This document shows, one piece after another, positions 36,841 through 46,046 of a stretch of DNA of 64,000 nt. This DNA comes from Bacteroidia bacterium (GTDB lineage Bacteria > Bacteroidota > Bacteroidia > 2-12-FULL-35-15), in the NCBI GenBank assembly GCA_039937835.1, contig JBDTFR010000101.1, positions 3,098 to 67,097 of the forward strand, written 5' to 3'. Positions within the stretch are counted from its first letter, which is position 1. Each line of letters opens with the position of its first letter. Below the pieces are notes generated by a model. It was not told the origin of the DNA, searched no databases, and saw only the letters and a list, made by a program, of their open reading frames with translations. Position numbers and translations under genes: made by a program.

Positions 36841-38073
36841 TTATCCTCTACCTCTTGGTCTTGAACCAGAATCGTTTCTTGGTTGACTATTATTTTGATT
36901 GCTTGGTGTTTCAAAATTTGGTGCTCTTTGTTCATTCCTTTCCATTTGAAAGTCACGATTACGTCCACCTCTATTTTCATCATGCATATTTGGTCTTGTG
37001 GGTTGAGCGTCATTAGTAGGACGAGGATTAGGGTTTACAGGAGCATTACTACCATTATTGTTAGGGTTGTTAGAACCTGGTCTCGAACCGCCTCTATCTT
37101 CATCATGAATATTTGGCCTTGCTGGACGAGGATCACTATTTATAGGTGTACCGCCTTTTTGACCAGAGTTATTAGGTCTTGCTTTGCCTCTGTCTTCATC
37201 ATGAATGTTAGAATTATCTCTTGGTTCATTTGCGTTAATTCCTTGCGTTCTTATAAAAGGATTAGAGTCTCTGCCTTTTGTTTCACTGAACGGTCTATTG
37301 GTTTCCTTTTCTACAGCACTCATATATCTATCTCCCATAGATTCATTTCTAGTATTGTTCGATGAATTTCTGGGTCCATAATAACTATTTTTATCATAAC
37401 TATTAAAGTAGTTATTACTGTAATGTGGATAGTATCCATGATAAAAGCCATCGTAATATCCATTCATATACGAGTTCATGTAAGGGTTATATCCCATATA
37501 GGCGTATGGGTTGTAAAATGGGTCATATCCCATGCCCCAAGTGTTACGCCAGTAAAAACTAGGGTTGTATGCATAACTTATATAGCTTGGCCCCCAAAAA
37601 TTATAACCCATGTAAATACTTGTTCCATAATTATAAGGATTACCAGTATACCAATATGAATTTGTATAATAGTTATCATAATATCCATAAGATGGAATAT
37701 TGCTATGAAATCGTCTTAGCCTTACAGCGTAACCATAATCATAATAATCATCATAATTAAATGCTGATGATTGAGCAGTACGATTAGTAGTTGAAGAAGG
37801 CGTTGTTGCAGCTTTATCCGATGGATTGTAATAATCATCATCAGATGTTTTGGCTTCTTTGGCATTATTGGCAGCTTCAGTCGCTTTTTTGGCAGCAAGC
37901 TCTTTTGCTTTCGATTCTTTTGCTATTTGTTGCGCTTCTCGCTCTTTATCCATTGCAACATCTTTTGATGAGTAATAAATATCATCCGTACTAGCCTTTG
38001 ATGTCGCTCCCTGAGGCGTATTACAAGCCATTGTAACGAGTGTTGCTGCTAAAATGCTTAAATAGGTTTTCAT
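36841..38073 (-). CDS. Low-complexity lipoprotein: Lys/Ala coiled segment, Tyr/Asn/Gly/Pro-rich core, Arg/Asn/Pro-rich tail with three N[IM]HDE[DN]RG repeats
   Basis: Lipoprotein signal MKTYLSILAATLVTMAC. The composition is visibly extreme (e.g. YYDYGY...GYYDNYYTNSYWYTGNPYNYG...YNPYMNSYMNGYYDGFYHGYYPHY). It is the longest frame; the plus-strand ORFs across it look like composition artefacts. Confidence 0.65.
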   Translation of the reverse strand: MKTYLSILAATLVTMACNTPQGATSKASTDDIYYSSKDVAMDKEREAQQIAKESKAKELAAKKATEAANNAKEAKTSDDDYYNPSDKAATTPSSTTNRTAQSSAFNYDDYYDYGYAVRLRRFHSNIPSYGYYDNYYTNSYWYTGNPYNYGTSIYMGYNFWGPSYISYAYNPSFYWRNTWGMGYDPFYNPYAYMGYNPYMNSYMNGYYDGFYHGYYPHYSNNYFNSYDKNSYYGPRNSSNNTRNESMGDRYMSAVEKETNRPFSETKGRDSNPFIRTQGINANEPRDNSNIHDEDRGKARPNNSGQKGGTPINSDPRPARPNIHDEDRGGSRPGSNNPNNNGSNAPVNPNPRPTNDAQPTRPNMHDENRGGRNRDFQMERNEQRAPNFETPSNQNNSQPRNDSGSRPRGRG

Positions 38074-38225
38074 TGTATCGTGTGTTTTAGTGTTAAAACT
38101 TCTTGCTAAAATTAATAAATAATCTAACCGTTTAATTTTATATTTTTGCCCCTACTGTACATTTTTGTGTAAAATGTAGCACATATTGTTAAATTTACAA
38201 ATACTATACCATAATAAAAAATATC

Positions 38226-39698
38226 ATGAGTAAGGAATTAGTAACTAGAGAAGAAAACTACTCGGAGTGGTATAATGAACTTGTTGTAAAAGCTGATTTA
38301 GCCGAGCATTCAGCCGTAAAAGGGTGTATGGTAATAAAACCATACGGATATGCTATTTGGGAAAAAATGCAACAAGCATTAGATAAAATGTTTAAAGATA
38401 CAGGACACGTGAATGCTTACTTTCCATTATTTATTCCTAAATCCTTTTTTAGTAAAGAAGCTAGCCACGTAGAAGGATTTGCAAAAGAATGTGCGGTGGT
38501 AACTCATTACCGATTAAAAACTGGCGCTGATGGAAACGTTGTGGTGGATGAAACCGCTAAATTGGATGAAGAACTTATCATTAGACCCACTTCTGAAACT
38601 ATTATTTGGAATACTTACAAGGGCTGGATTCAGTCTTATCGGGATTTACCAATTCTTGTAAATCAATGGGCGAATGTAGTAAGATGGGAAATGCGTACTC
38701 GTTTATTTTTACGTACTACAGAATTTCTTTGGCAGGAAGGGCACACGGCACACGCTACTGCTCCAGAAGCAATTGCAGAAACAGAGCAAATGCTAGAGGT
38801 GTATGCTAATTTTGTTGAAAATTATATGGCCGTACCCGTTATAAAGGGAGTTAAAACAGCCAATGAACGTTTTGCTGGCGCTATAGAAACCTATTGTATA
38901 GAAGCAATGATGCAAGATGGTAAAGCATTACAAGCAGGAACATCTCATTTTTTGGGTCAAAATTTTGCAAAAGCGTTTGATGTGAAGTTTGCCAATAAAG
39001 AAGGTAAACAGGAATTGGTTTGGGCCACGTCTTGGGGGGTGTCTACCCGATTAATAGGGGCACTTATTATGACTCATTCCGATGATAAAGGATTGGTGCT
39101 TCCTCCAAAATTAGCTCCTTTTCAGGTGGTAATTGTTCCGATTTATAAAAATGAGGAACAATTAGTATTAATAAATGAATTGGCAGCAAAAATGAAAAAA
39201 GCAATGGAAGCCATAGGGATAAGTGTGAAATACGATAATAGAGATAATCAGCGCCCAGGCTGGAAATTCGCAGAATATGAATTAAAAGGAGTACCTGTTC
39301 GGATTGCAATAGGGGGTCGTGATTTAGAGAATGGAACAGTAGAAGTAGCGAGAAGAGATACATTGGAAAAAGAAACGCTGCAACAAATAGACCTTGAAAA
39401 TAAAATTGCCCATATATTAGAACAAATGCAGGATAATTTATATAAAAAAGCATTATCCATGCGCGAAGCAAAAACATACACGGTGGATACTTACGAAGAG
39501 TTTAAAAAAATTTTAGAAGAAACACCTGGTTTTATAATGGCTCACTGGGACGGCACTCCAGAAACAGAACAAAAAATAAAAGAAGAAACAAAGGCTACTA
39601 TTCGTTGCATTCCTCTTGGAGGCAAATTAGAACAAGGTAAATGCATTTATTCGGGTAACTTATCAGCACAACGGGTGGTATTTGCAAAAGCATATTAA
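38226..39698 (+). CDS. proS: Proline--tRNA ligase, archaeal/eukaryote-like type
   Basis: 490 aa. Class II motifs ([26 protein letters not shown]), no bacterial INS editing domain, C-terminal ...VVFAKAY. Confidence 0.93.
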   Translation: MSKELVTREENYSEWYNELVVKADLAEHSAVKGCMVIKPYGYAIWEKMQQALDKMFKDTGHVNAYFPLFIPKSFFSKEASHVEGFAKECAVVTHYRLKTGADGNVVVDETAKLDEELIIRPTSETIIWNTYKGWIQSYRDLPILVNQWANVVRWEMRTRLFLRTTEFLWQEGHTAHATAPEAIAETEQMLEVYANFVENYMAVPVIKGVKTANERFAGAIETYCIEAMMQDGKALQAGTSHFLGQNFAKAFDVKFANKEGKQELVWATSWGVSTRLIGALIMTHSDDKGLVLPPKLAPFQVVIVPIYKNEEQLVLINELAAKMKKAMEAIGISVKYDNRDNQRPGWKFAEYELKGVPVRIAIGGRDLENGTVEVARRDTLEKETLQQIDLENKIAHILEQMQDNLYKKALSMREAKTYTVDTYEEFKKILEETPGFIMAHWDGTPETEQKIKEETKATIRCIPLGGKLEQGKCIYSGNLSAQRVVFAKAY

Positions 39699-39742
39699 TT
39701 GATAAATTAAGTAAAACAGCAGAAAACATAATACGCTAAAGA

Positions 39743-40435
39743 ATGAAAACATTTTTACCCTATGAGTTAATTTTAAAAACACTTCATGAGCAAACGAGCT
39801 TAAAGCAAGATGTTTATGACACCACTCTTAAAAATTTTATGTTTTTTAAAGCCACCACTAAAAAACTGGTATCTGAATTAAAAAAAGATATGGGTAATAT
39901 TGATAAACGGTTAATAATTGAATATAAAGATAGAGGAGAGTTTGAGTACGAAATAAGAATTGCTGGTGATTTATTAATATTTTCTATGCATACCAATGTG
40001 TTCGAATTTGATAAATCACATAATATATGGCGAAGCTCATACGTAAAGCAAGATAATTCACTTTCATATTGTGGAATTATTAATATTTATAATTTTTTAC
40101 ACGATTCGTTCAAGTACAATAGATATAATGACTTAGGTTATGTAATAGGTCGTGTTTTTATAAATAAAGAAGATCATTTTTTTTTAGAAGGGAAACGACA
40201 GTTAGGTTTTTTATATAATGATATAGTACATTCTGTTATTGATGAGAAAGCGATTCGCAATATTTTAGAGTCAACCATTTTATATTGCCTTAATTTTGAT
40301 TTATACACGCCTCCCTTCGATTCTATTAAAGAAGTATCTGTAAATGCCATACAAATGGCAACAGAAAGTATGCAAATAAAAACAGGAAAACGGTTAGGGT
40401 TTAAATTTCAAGCCGATAATGATGAAATAGATTAA
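39743..40435 (+). CDS. Hypothetical protein
   Basis: A 230-aa ORF with normal composition. I recognise no motif. Confidence 0.55.
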   Translation: MKTFLPYELILKTLHEQTSLKQDVYDTTLKNFMFFKATTKKLVSELKKDMGNIDKRLIIEYKDRGEFEYEIRIAGDLLIFSMHTNVFEFDKSHNIWRSSYVKQDNSLSYCGIINIYNFLHDSFKYNRYNDLGYVIGRVFINKEDHFFLEGKRQLGFLYNDIVHSVIDEKAIRNILESTILYCLNFDLYTPPFDSIKEVSVNAIQMATESMQIKTGKRLGFKFQADNDEID

Positions 40436-40480
40436 TTTCGTAAAAGTTTAAAAATATTTTGTTTAAATAATATTTTAATA

Positions 40481-40488
40481 TACATTTG
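40481..40488 (+). promoter_or_regulatory. TAnnTTTG -7 box for tRNA-Glu
   Basis: TACATTTG lies 19 nt upstream of the first tRNA base. Confidence 0.45.
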
Positions 40489-40506
40489 CACTCCCAAAAT
40501 CAATTT

Positions 40507-40578
40507 GGCCCGTTCGTCTAGGGGTTAGGACATCAGGTTTTCATCCTGGAAAGAGGGGTTCGATTCCCCTACGGGCTA
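40507..40578 (+). tRNA. tRNA-Glu (anticodon UUC)
   Basis: Manual cloverleaf. Acceptor stem GGCCCGT/ACGGGCT, D-stem GTCT/GGAC, anticodon stem TCAGG/CCTGG with loop TT-TTC-AT. T-stem AGGGG/CCCCT with loop TTCGATT. No encoded CCA. Confidence 0.9.
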
Positions 40579-40608
40579 CAAAAAGTAAAAAAAATAAATT
40601 ATTATCAG

Positions 40609-40616
40609 TATTTTTG
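40609..40616 (+). promoter_or_regulatory. TAnnTTTG -7 box for rpsT, sitting in the loop of an 8-bp inverted repeat
   Basis: TATTTTTG lies 23 nt upstream of the ATG at 40639. It is flanked by ATTATCAG (40601-40608) and CTGATAAT (40617-40624). Confidence 0.4.
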
Positions 40617-40638
40617 CTGATAATTTAAAACAAGAGAA

Positions 40639-40893
40639 ATGGCAAATCATAAATCAAGTATCAAAAGAATTCGTTCTAATGACGCTAAAAGATTAAGAAA
40701 TCGTTACCAAGCAAAAACAATGCGTAACGCAATGAAGGAGTTGAAATTAGATGAAACTAAAAAAACAGCTTCTGAAAAACTTCCAAAGCTTATTGCAATG
40801 GTGGATAAATTAGCTAAGAAAAATATTATTCATAAAAATAAGGCTGCTAATTTGAAATCAAAATTGACTAAAAAAGTGAACGCCCTTAAATAA
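40639..40893 (+). CDS. rpsT: 30S ribosomal protein S20
   Basis: [24 protein letters not shown]..., 84 aa, basic. Confidence 0.95.
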   Translation: MANHKSSIKRIRSNDAKRLRNRYQAKTMRNAMKELKLDETKKTASEKLPKLIAMVDKLAKKNIIHKNKAANLKSKLTKKVNALK

Positions 40894-40918
40894 GAATTAA
40901 GTAAATAATTATTCTTAA

Positions 40919-40950
40919 AAAATCTCGCATTCTGTGCGAGATTTTTTTTT
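40919..40950 (+). terminator. Rho-independent terminator of rpsT
   Basis: ATCTCGCA-TTCTG-TGCGAGAT stem-loop followed by T9. Confidence 0.8.
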
Positions 40951-40985
40951 AATATTAATTATTTACCTTTAAAATTTGTATAATT

Positions 40986-41684
40986 ATGGAGCACTATAAA
41001 GAAATACTCGGAATAAAATCTTGGGCAGAAGAAGATCGGCCAAGAGAAAAATTATTAGAAAAAGGTAGGCATATACTCACGGAAGCTGAACTCATCGCTA
41101 TATTAATAGGTTCGGGTAGTAGAAACGAAACAGCAGTAGAACTTTCTAAAAGAATATTAGCAACCGTAAATAATGATTTAAATGAATTAGCAAAGCTTAC
41201 CGTACCCGAATTAATGAAATTTAAAGGGATTGGTGAAGCAAAAGCAATAAGCATTGTAGCCACCATGGAATTAGGAAGACGTAGAAAGGATACGGAAGTG
41301 GTGAAACGCGAAAAGATAACAACAAGTAATCATGCTTTTGAAATAATGAAATCGCATTTAGCCGATTTACCTCATGAAGAATTTTGGTTATTGATGTTAA
41401 ACCGTTCAAACTCGCTAATAAAAAAAGAATTAATGAGTCGAGGTGGGGTAACAGGTACTATCGTAGATACCAAAATAATTTTTAAAGCGGCAATAGATAA
41501 TTATTCTAACTCGATTATAGTATGTCATAACCACCCTTCTGGAAGTTTAACACCAAGTGAAGCCGATATTAAAATAACAAAAAATATTAAGGAAGCAGGT
41601 ATAATATTGGGAGTACCTTTATTAGATCATTTAATAATTTCTGAAAATGGATACTATAGTTTTGGAGATGAAGGGAAGATATAA
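40986..41684 (+). CDS. radC: RadC-family JAB/MPN-domain protein
   Basis: IKSWAEEDRPREKL, an HhH segment (FKGIGEAKAISI) and the JAMM motif HNHPSGSLTPSEADIKIT. Confidence 0.9.
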   Translation: MEHYKEILGIKSWAEEDRPREKLLEKGRHILTEAELIAILIGSGSRNETAVELSKRILATVNNDLNELAKLTVPELMKFKGIGEAKAISIVATMELGRRRKDTEVVKREKITTSNHAFEIMKSHLADLPHEEFWLLMLNRSNSLIKKELMSRGGVTGTIVDTKIIFKAAIDNYSNSIIVCHNHPSGSLTPSEADIKITKNIKEAGIILGVPLLDHLIISENGYYSFGDEGKI

Positions 41685-41755
41685 TTTTAAATGATCAGAA
41701 ATAAATAAGATCCCTTTTTATTGGTAAAAATATTCAGATTATATAAAAATAATTC

Positions 41756-42901
41756 ATGATTAAACTATTAACCATTATTGGAGTTCGCCCTCAAATTATT
41801 AAAGCTGCCGCATTAAGCAGAGCCATTAAAAATAATTTTTCAAATAGAATTCAAGAAGTAATTATTCATACCGGTCAACATTACGATGCAAACATGTCGC
41901 AAGTGTTTTTTGATGAATTAGATATTCCAAAACCGAATTATAACTTAAATGTAGGTTCTGGTTCTCATGGGCAACAAACTGCATTAATGTTAACTGGTAT
42001 AGAAACTATTTTATTAAAAGAAAAACCCAATGCTATAATTCTTTATGGTGATACCAATTCTACATTGGCAGGTGCTTTGGCTGCATCAAAAATAGAAATT
42101 CCGATCATCCATATCGAAGCAGGTTTAAGATCTTTTAATAAATCAATGCCGGAAGAAATTAATCGTATTATGTGCGATCACGTGTCTACTTTACTTTTCT
42201 CACCAACAAAAACAGGTTATAATTCATTAATTAAAGAAGGTTTTAAAGAAAATAATTTACCCCCATACAATTCAAGTAATCCTAAAATATATCATTGTGG
42301 TGATGTAATGTATGATAATAGCATTTATTTTTCAGACATAGCTCAAACGAAAACAACAATTTTAAAAGATAATAATTTACAAAACGAAAAATTTATCCTG
42401 GTAACTATTCATCGTAATGCAAATACCGATGAGCCCAAACGATTAAATTCAATAATTAGCGCATTAAATAAAATAGCAACAGAAAATAAAATTAGAATTA
42501 TTATTCCATTGCATCCACGTACTACTAAACAATTACAACTTATTTCAGAAAAATTGTATGAAGAGTTAAAATCAAATGAATACATTACGTTGCTTCCACC
42601 TGTTTCTTTTTTAGAAATGATTGCTTTAGAAAAGAATGCGAAGCTTATTATAACGGATTCTGGAGGGGTTCAAAAAGAAGCTTTCTTTTTTAAAAAAATT
42701 TGTTTGATTTTAAGGCCTGAAACAGAATGGGTAGAATTGGTAGATTGTGGTGCAGCAAAAATTGTGGATGCAAATGAAATGGAAATTATAAAAGAATATA
42801 ATCATTACGCTACTCTTAAAAGGATGAAATACCCAAACTTATTCGGAGATGGTAAAGCAGCGCATTTTATCTGCACAGAAATTATAAAACATATAAAATA
42901 A
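41756..42901 (+). CDS. wecB: UDP-N-acetylglucosamine 2-epimerase (non-hydrolysing)
   Basis: GVRPQIIKAA, HTGQHYDANMSQVFFDEL, GDTNSTLAGALAA, EAGLRSF, PEEINR, DSGGVQKEA. Confidence 0.88.
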   Translation: MIKLLTIIGVRPQIIKAAALSRAIKNNFSNRIQEVIIHTGQHYDANMSQVFFDELDIPKPNYNLNVGSGSHGQQTALMLTGIETILLKEKPNAIILYGDTNSTLAGALAASKIEIPIIHIEAGLRSFNKSMPEEINRIMCDHVSTLLFSPTKTGYNSLIKEGFKENNLPPYNSSNPKIYHCGDVMYDNSIYFSDIAQTKTTILKDNNLQNEKFILVTIHRNANTDEPKRLNSIISALNKIATENKIRIIIPLHPRTTKQLQLISEKLYEELKSNEYITLLPPVSFLEMIALEKNAKLIITDSGGVQKEAFFFKKICLILRPETEWVELVDCGAAKIVDANEMEIIKEYNHYATLKRMKYPNLFGDGKAAHFICTEIIKHIK

Positions 42902-42907
42902 GATAGC

Positions 42908-44236
42908 GTGTTACTCATCTATACTCATAAAATTACGCAACGTAATAAATATATTTTTAATCTTATATTTAAGGATATACTACATATAGATTTTAAACTT
43001 ACCAATGAAATAGAATTATTTAAGTCCTATCCGAAAGAAAAGATAAGTTATACAACAAATAGTGTATGTGACGAATTATTTTTTAACGCTCGTAATTTAT
43101 TATTTGAAACAGGCATATCCGATCAAAATATAACAGTATTTAATTATATAGATTGCAAGGTCTTTTTCTCTACAGGAAAATCCTCTGCTTTACCTTTTGA
43201 TATTTTTGCAGCTAGTTTCTACTTAGTAAGTAGATACGAAGAATACTTACCACATATACGCGATGAACACGATAGGTTTAATCCTAAAGATAGCATTGCA
43301 TTTATAAATAAATTTTTACAAAAGCCTGTAGTAAATATTTGGGCGCAGTGGATAAAAGAAGTAATTCAAAAGAAATATCCTCATGTCGTTTTTCCAAAGA
43401 AAAAATATGAATTTATTTCTACCTTAGATATAGATAATGCATATGCATATTTAGAAAAAGGGGTAATTCGTACTATCGGCGGATATTTTAAATCGCTTGT
43501 AAATTTAGATTTTTCGGAGATAATGCTTCGTACAAAAGTGTTAGTGGGTATAATCCCAGACCCTTATGATACTTACAACTATCAATTGGATTTATTAAAA
43601 AAGTATAAATTTAAAAGTATTTATTTTTTCTTGTTGGGAGATTATGGCTTAAATGATAAAAATATATCGATTGAAAGTAGAAAATTTCAATCATTAATAA
43701 AAAGGGTTGCTGATTATGCAGAAGTAGGCATACATCCCTCATATGGCTCCAATATAAAAAAACAGCAGTTAAAAAAAGAAGTCATGCGTTTATCAAAAGT
43801 AGTTCATAAAGAAATTACTAAAAGCCGACAACATTTTTTAAAACTAAGACTTCCCGAAACCTATCGTAATTTAATTGAGTTAGATATTACGGATGATTAT
43901 ACTATGGGCTACGCAACTGAGGTAGGCTTTAGAGCTAGTATTTGTACTGCCTTTAACTTTTATGATTTGGATAACGAATTAGAAACAAAATTGAAAATTC
44001 ATCCTTTTGCTTTTATGGAGGGTACACTTAAGTACCATTTAAAAATAGCTCCAGAAAAAGCAATGGAAGTTATTAATCCATTAATAGAAGAGGTAAAAGC
44101 TGTGAATGGAAACTTTATAAGCCTTTGGCATAACGAAACAGTAAACGATAAAAAATTATGGAAAGGCTGGCGGAGTGTTTATGAAGAAATGATAAAACAG
44201 GCAGTGTTAGATAGTTTTAAAATGGAGCAACAATAG
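42908..44236 (+). CDS. Polysaccharide-deacetylase-like protein (conserved Bacteroidota family)
   Basis: GTG start. The N-terminus MLLIYTHKITQRNKYIFNLIFKDIL matches a conserved family I recall as annotated 'polysaccharide deacetylase family protein'. It lies directly downstream of wecB. Confidence 0.6.
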   Translation: MLLIYTHKITQRNKYIFNLIFKDILHIDFKLTNEIELFKSYPKEKISYTTNSVCDELFFNARNLLFETGISDQNITVFNYIDCKVFFSTGKSSALPFDIFAASFYLVSRYEEYLPHIRDEHDRFNPKDSIAFINKFLQKPVVNIWAQWIKEVIQKKYPHVVFPKKKYEFISTLDIDNAYAYLEKGVIRTIGGYFKSLVNLDFSEIMLRTKVLVGIIPDPYDTYNYQLDLLKKYKFKSIYFFLLGDYGLNDKNISIESRKFQSLIKRVADYAEVGIHPSYGSNIKKQQLKKEVMRLSKVVHKEITKSRQHFLKLRLPETYRNLIELDITDDYTMGYATEVGFRASICTAFNFYDLDNELETKLKIHPFAFMEGTLKYHLKIAPEKAMEVINPLIEEVKAVNGNFISLWHNETVNDKKLWKGWRSVYEEMIKQAVLDSFKMEQQ

Positions 44237-44479
44237 TCATTTAAAAACGTTTGTACCCTACAACATTCACTACAATATACTAATAGAAGTGTAACGAGAT
44301 TTAAAAAATATTAAGTTATACAAACTAGTCGGAATATTGATTAATAATCAATATCTTGGTATATGCCTTTTATTAATAAGGTATAGGAGAGGCAAATAAC
44401 GTTGGTTGAATATTGTTAAAGAAATTACAAATAATAGTTTTGTAATTCTAAATGGATAAAAACTTAATAATAATTAGTT

Positions 44480-44932
44480 ATGAATGCGTGGTGGGAAATT
44501 TTAACTGTTTTTTTGCTGAGTACGGTAAAATTTGTATTTGGCGCATTGCCACTTGCGCTTAGTTTTGGATTTTCTTTTTTCGAAACCGTATTCGTAACTT
44601 CTGTGGGAGGATTTGTAGGTGTATTGTTTTTCGTTTATTTAAGCGATCACTTATTGCTTTTTTTTAAACAACGAGCATTAAAAAAACATCATCATCAAAA
44701 AACACTACCCAAGAAAAAATCAATGTCACGCAAAAATCGGATGATTTTGAATGTAAAAAATAAATTTGGTTTAATAGGCATTACTTTTTTAACGCCTTTA
44801 CTATTTTCAATTCCTCTGGGCTGTTTTTTATCCGTGAGGTATTTTAAAAATAAGCAACAAATAATTGTTTATATGTTTTCTTCTATTTTGCTTTGGTCAG
44901 TTTCAATTGCTTCGTTTAAGTTGTTTTTATAA
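44480..44932 (+). CDS. Small integral membrane protein (hypothetical)
   Basis: 150 aa with four hydrophobic segments and a basic central loop (KKHHHQKTLPKKKSMSRKNR). Confidence 0.55.
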   Translation: MNAWWEILTVFLLSTVKFVFGALPLALSFGFSFFETVFVTSVGGFVGVLFFVYLSDHLLLFFKQRALKKHHHQKTLPKKKSMSRKNRMILNVKNKFGLIGITFLTPLLFSIPLGCFLSVRYFKNKQQIIVYMFSSILLWSVSIASFKLFL

Positions 44933-44941
44933 TTATTTAAT

Positions 44942-45631
44942 ATGTATAAGCATTTATTTTTTGACCTTGATCGTACACTTTGGGATTTTGAAAAAAATTG
45001 CGAAGAGTCTTTATCTGAATTAGCCATTAAACATAATTTAAAGGCTTATGGTATTGATTCCATTAGCCGTTTTACTGAATATTTTATCGAAATAAATGAG
45101 CAGTTATGGGAAGATTACGGACAAGGATTAATAAGTAAACAGCAAATTCGTAACAATCGATTTCCTCAGTTGTTTTTAAAATATAAGCTTGTAAATGATC
45201 AATTAGCTACCACTTTTGCCCTAGATTATACGGCTATAACCCCCTTAAAGAAAAATCTTTTACCAGATACGTTGCAAGTGCTAAATTATTTAAAAGAAAA
45301 ATACACATTGCATATCATTACTAACGGATTTGAAGAAACCCAACTTCTTAAATTAAAAGAATGTAATATTGATTTTTATTTTTCTGAAATTATTACCTCG
45401 GAAAGGGCAGGCTTTAAAAAGCCTGATATTGGTGTTTTTAATTTTTCGTTAGCACTTACAAAAGCAACAGTTAATAATAGTGTAATGATTGGTGATAGCT
45501 TAAGTTCTGATATTATTGGCGCTCGCCAAGCTGGGATGCATCAAATTTATTTGAATCGAAGAGGTGATAAACATTCAGAAGCCATCACCTACGAAATAAG
45601 GGAATTAAATGAATTAATGAAATTATTATAA
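44942..45631 (+). CDS. HAD-superfamily hydrolase, YjjG-like nucleotidase subfamily
   Basis: Motif I FFDLDRTLWDF, motif II IITNG, KKPD and motif IV MIGDSLSSDI. Confidence 0.8.
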   Translation: MYKHLFFDLDRTLWDFEKNCEESLSELAIKHNLKAYGIDSISRFTEYFIEINEQLWEDYGQGLISKQQIRNNRFPQLFLKYKLVNDQLATTFALDYTAITPLKKNLLPDTLQVLNYLKEKYTLHIITNGFEETQLLKLKECNIDFYFSEIITSERAGFKKPDIGVFNFSLALTKATVNNSVMIGDSLSSDIIGARQAGMHQIYLNRRGDKHSEAITYEIRELNELMKLL

Positions 45632-45655
45632 TCAGTTATTCAAGTTTTTATATAT

Positions 45656-45693
45656 TAAAAAGCCTCTTGCTCATATTCAGCAAGAGGCTTTTT
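45656..45693. terminator. Bidirectional terminator between convergent genes
   Basis: A perfect 10-bp stem AGCCTCTTGC/GCAAGAGGCT (45661-45689), flanked by A4 on the left and T4 on the right. Confidence 0.75.
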
Positions 45694-45706
45694 AACGATT
45701 ATCAAA

Positions 45707-45955
45707 TTATTTTTTAGGTGTTGTTTCTTTTTTGTCGGTTGCTTCTTTTTTTGATTTGCAACAATCTTTCTTTTTATCTCCAGAACATTGTTTTGCTTCT
45801 CCTTCTTTTCCTTTATTACAACATGATTTCTTTTTATTTTCTGCTTTTTTGTCGTCAGTAAAACGTGCAGTTGGATGTGTAAAAGTTAAAATAGAAGCGG
45901 CTGAACTTGCTCCAACAATTCCTGTAAATGCAAGTAATAAAAATAATTTTTTCAT
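45707..45955 (-). CDS. Small secreted Lys/Cys-rich protein
   Basis: The signal peptide MKKLFLLLAFTGIVGASSAAS is followed by ...KKKSCCNKGKEGEAKQCSGDKKKDCCKSKKEATDKKETTPKK. A terminator lies immediately downstream. The opposite-strand ORF 45732-45959 lacks any such features. Confidence 0.6.
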   Translation of the reverse strand: MKKLFLLLAFTGIVGASSAASILTFTHPTARFTDDKKAENKKKSCCNKGKEGEAKQCSGDKKKDCCKSKKEATDKKETTPKK

Positions 45956-46046
45956 GTAAATAGGGTTAAGAATGTAAATATAACTTATTAAATATACGCA
46001 TTATAACGTGTAATATTAACAATTGTTGGGGCATTAATTGTTAAAT

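Noticed and set aside
36333-37994. Plus-strand ORFs opposite the FadL-like and Tyr-rich lipoprotein genes (36333-36683, 36883-37365, 37423-37659, 37569-37760, 37791-37994)
   Set aside because: They are composition artefacts of the biased minus-strand codons (TAT/AAT/CCA read backwards as I/V/W-rich strings). None has a signal, motif or independent terminator.
45732-45959. Plus-strand ORF opposite the Lys/Cys-rich gene
   Set aside because: It has no ATG start context or signal peptide. The minus-strand frame has a textbook signal peptide and is followed by the terminator at 45656-45693.
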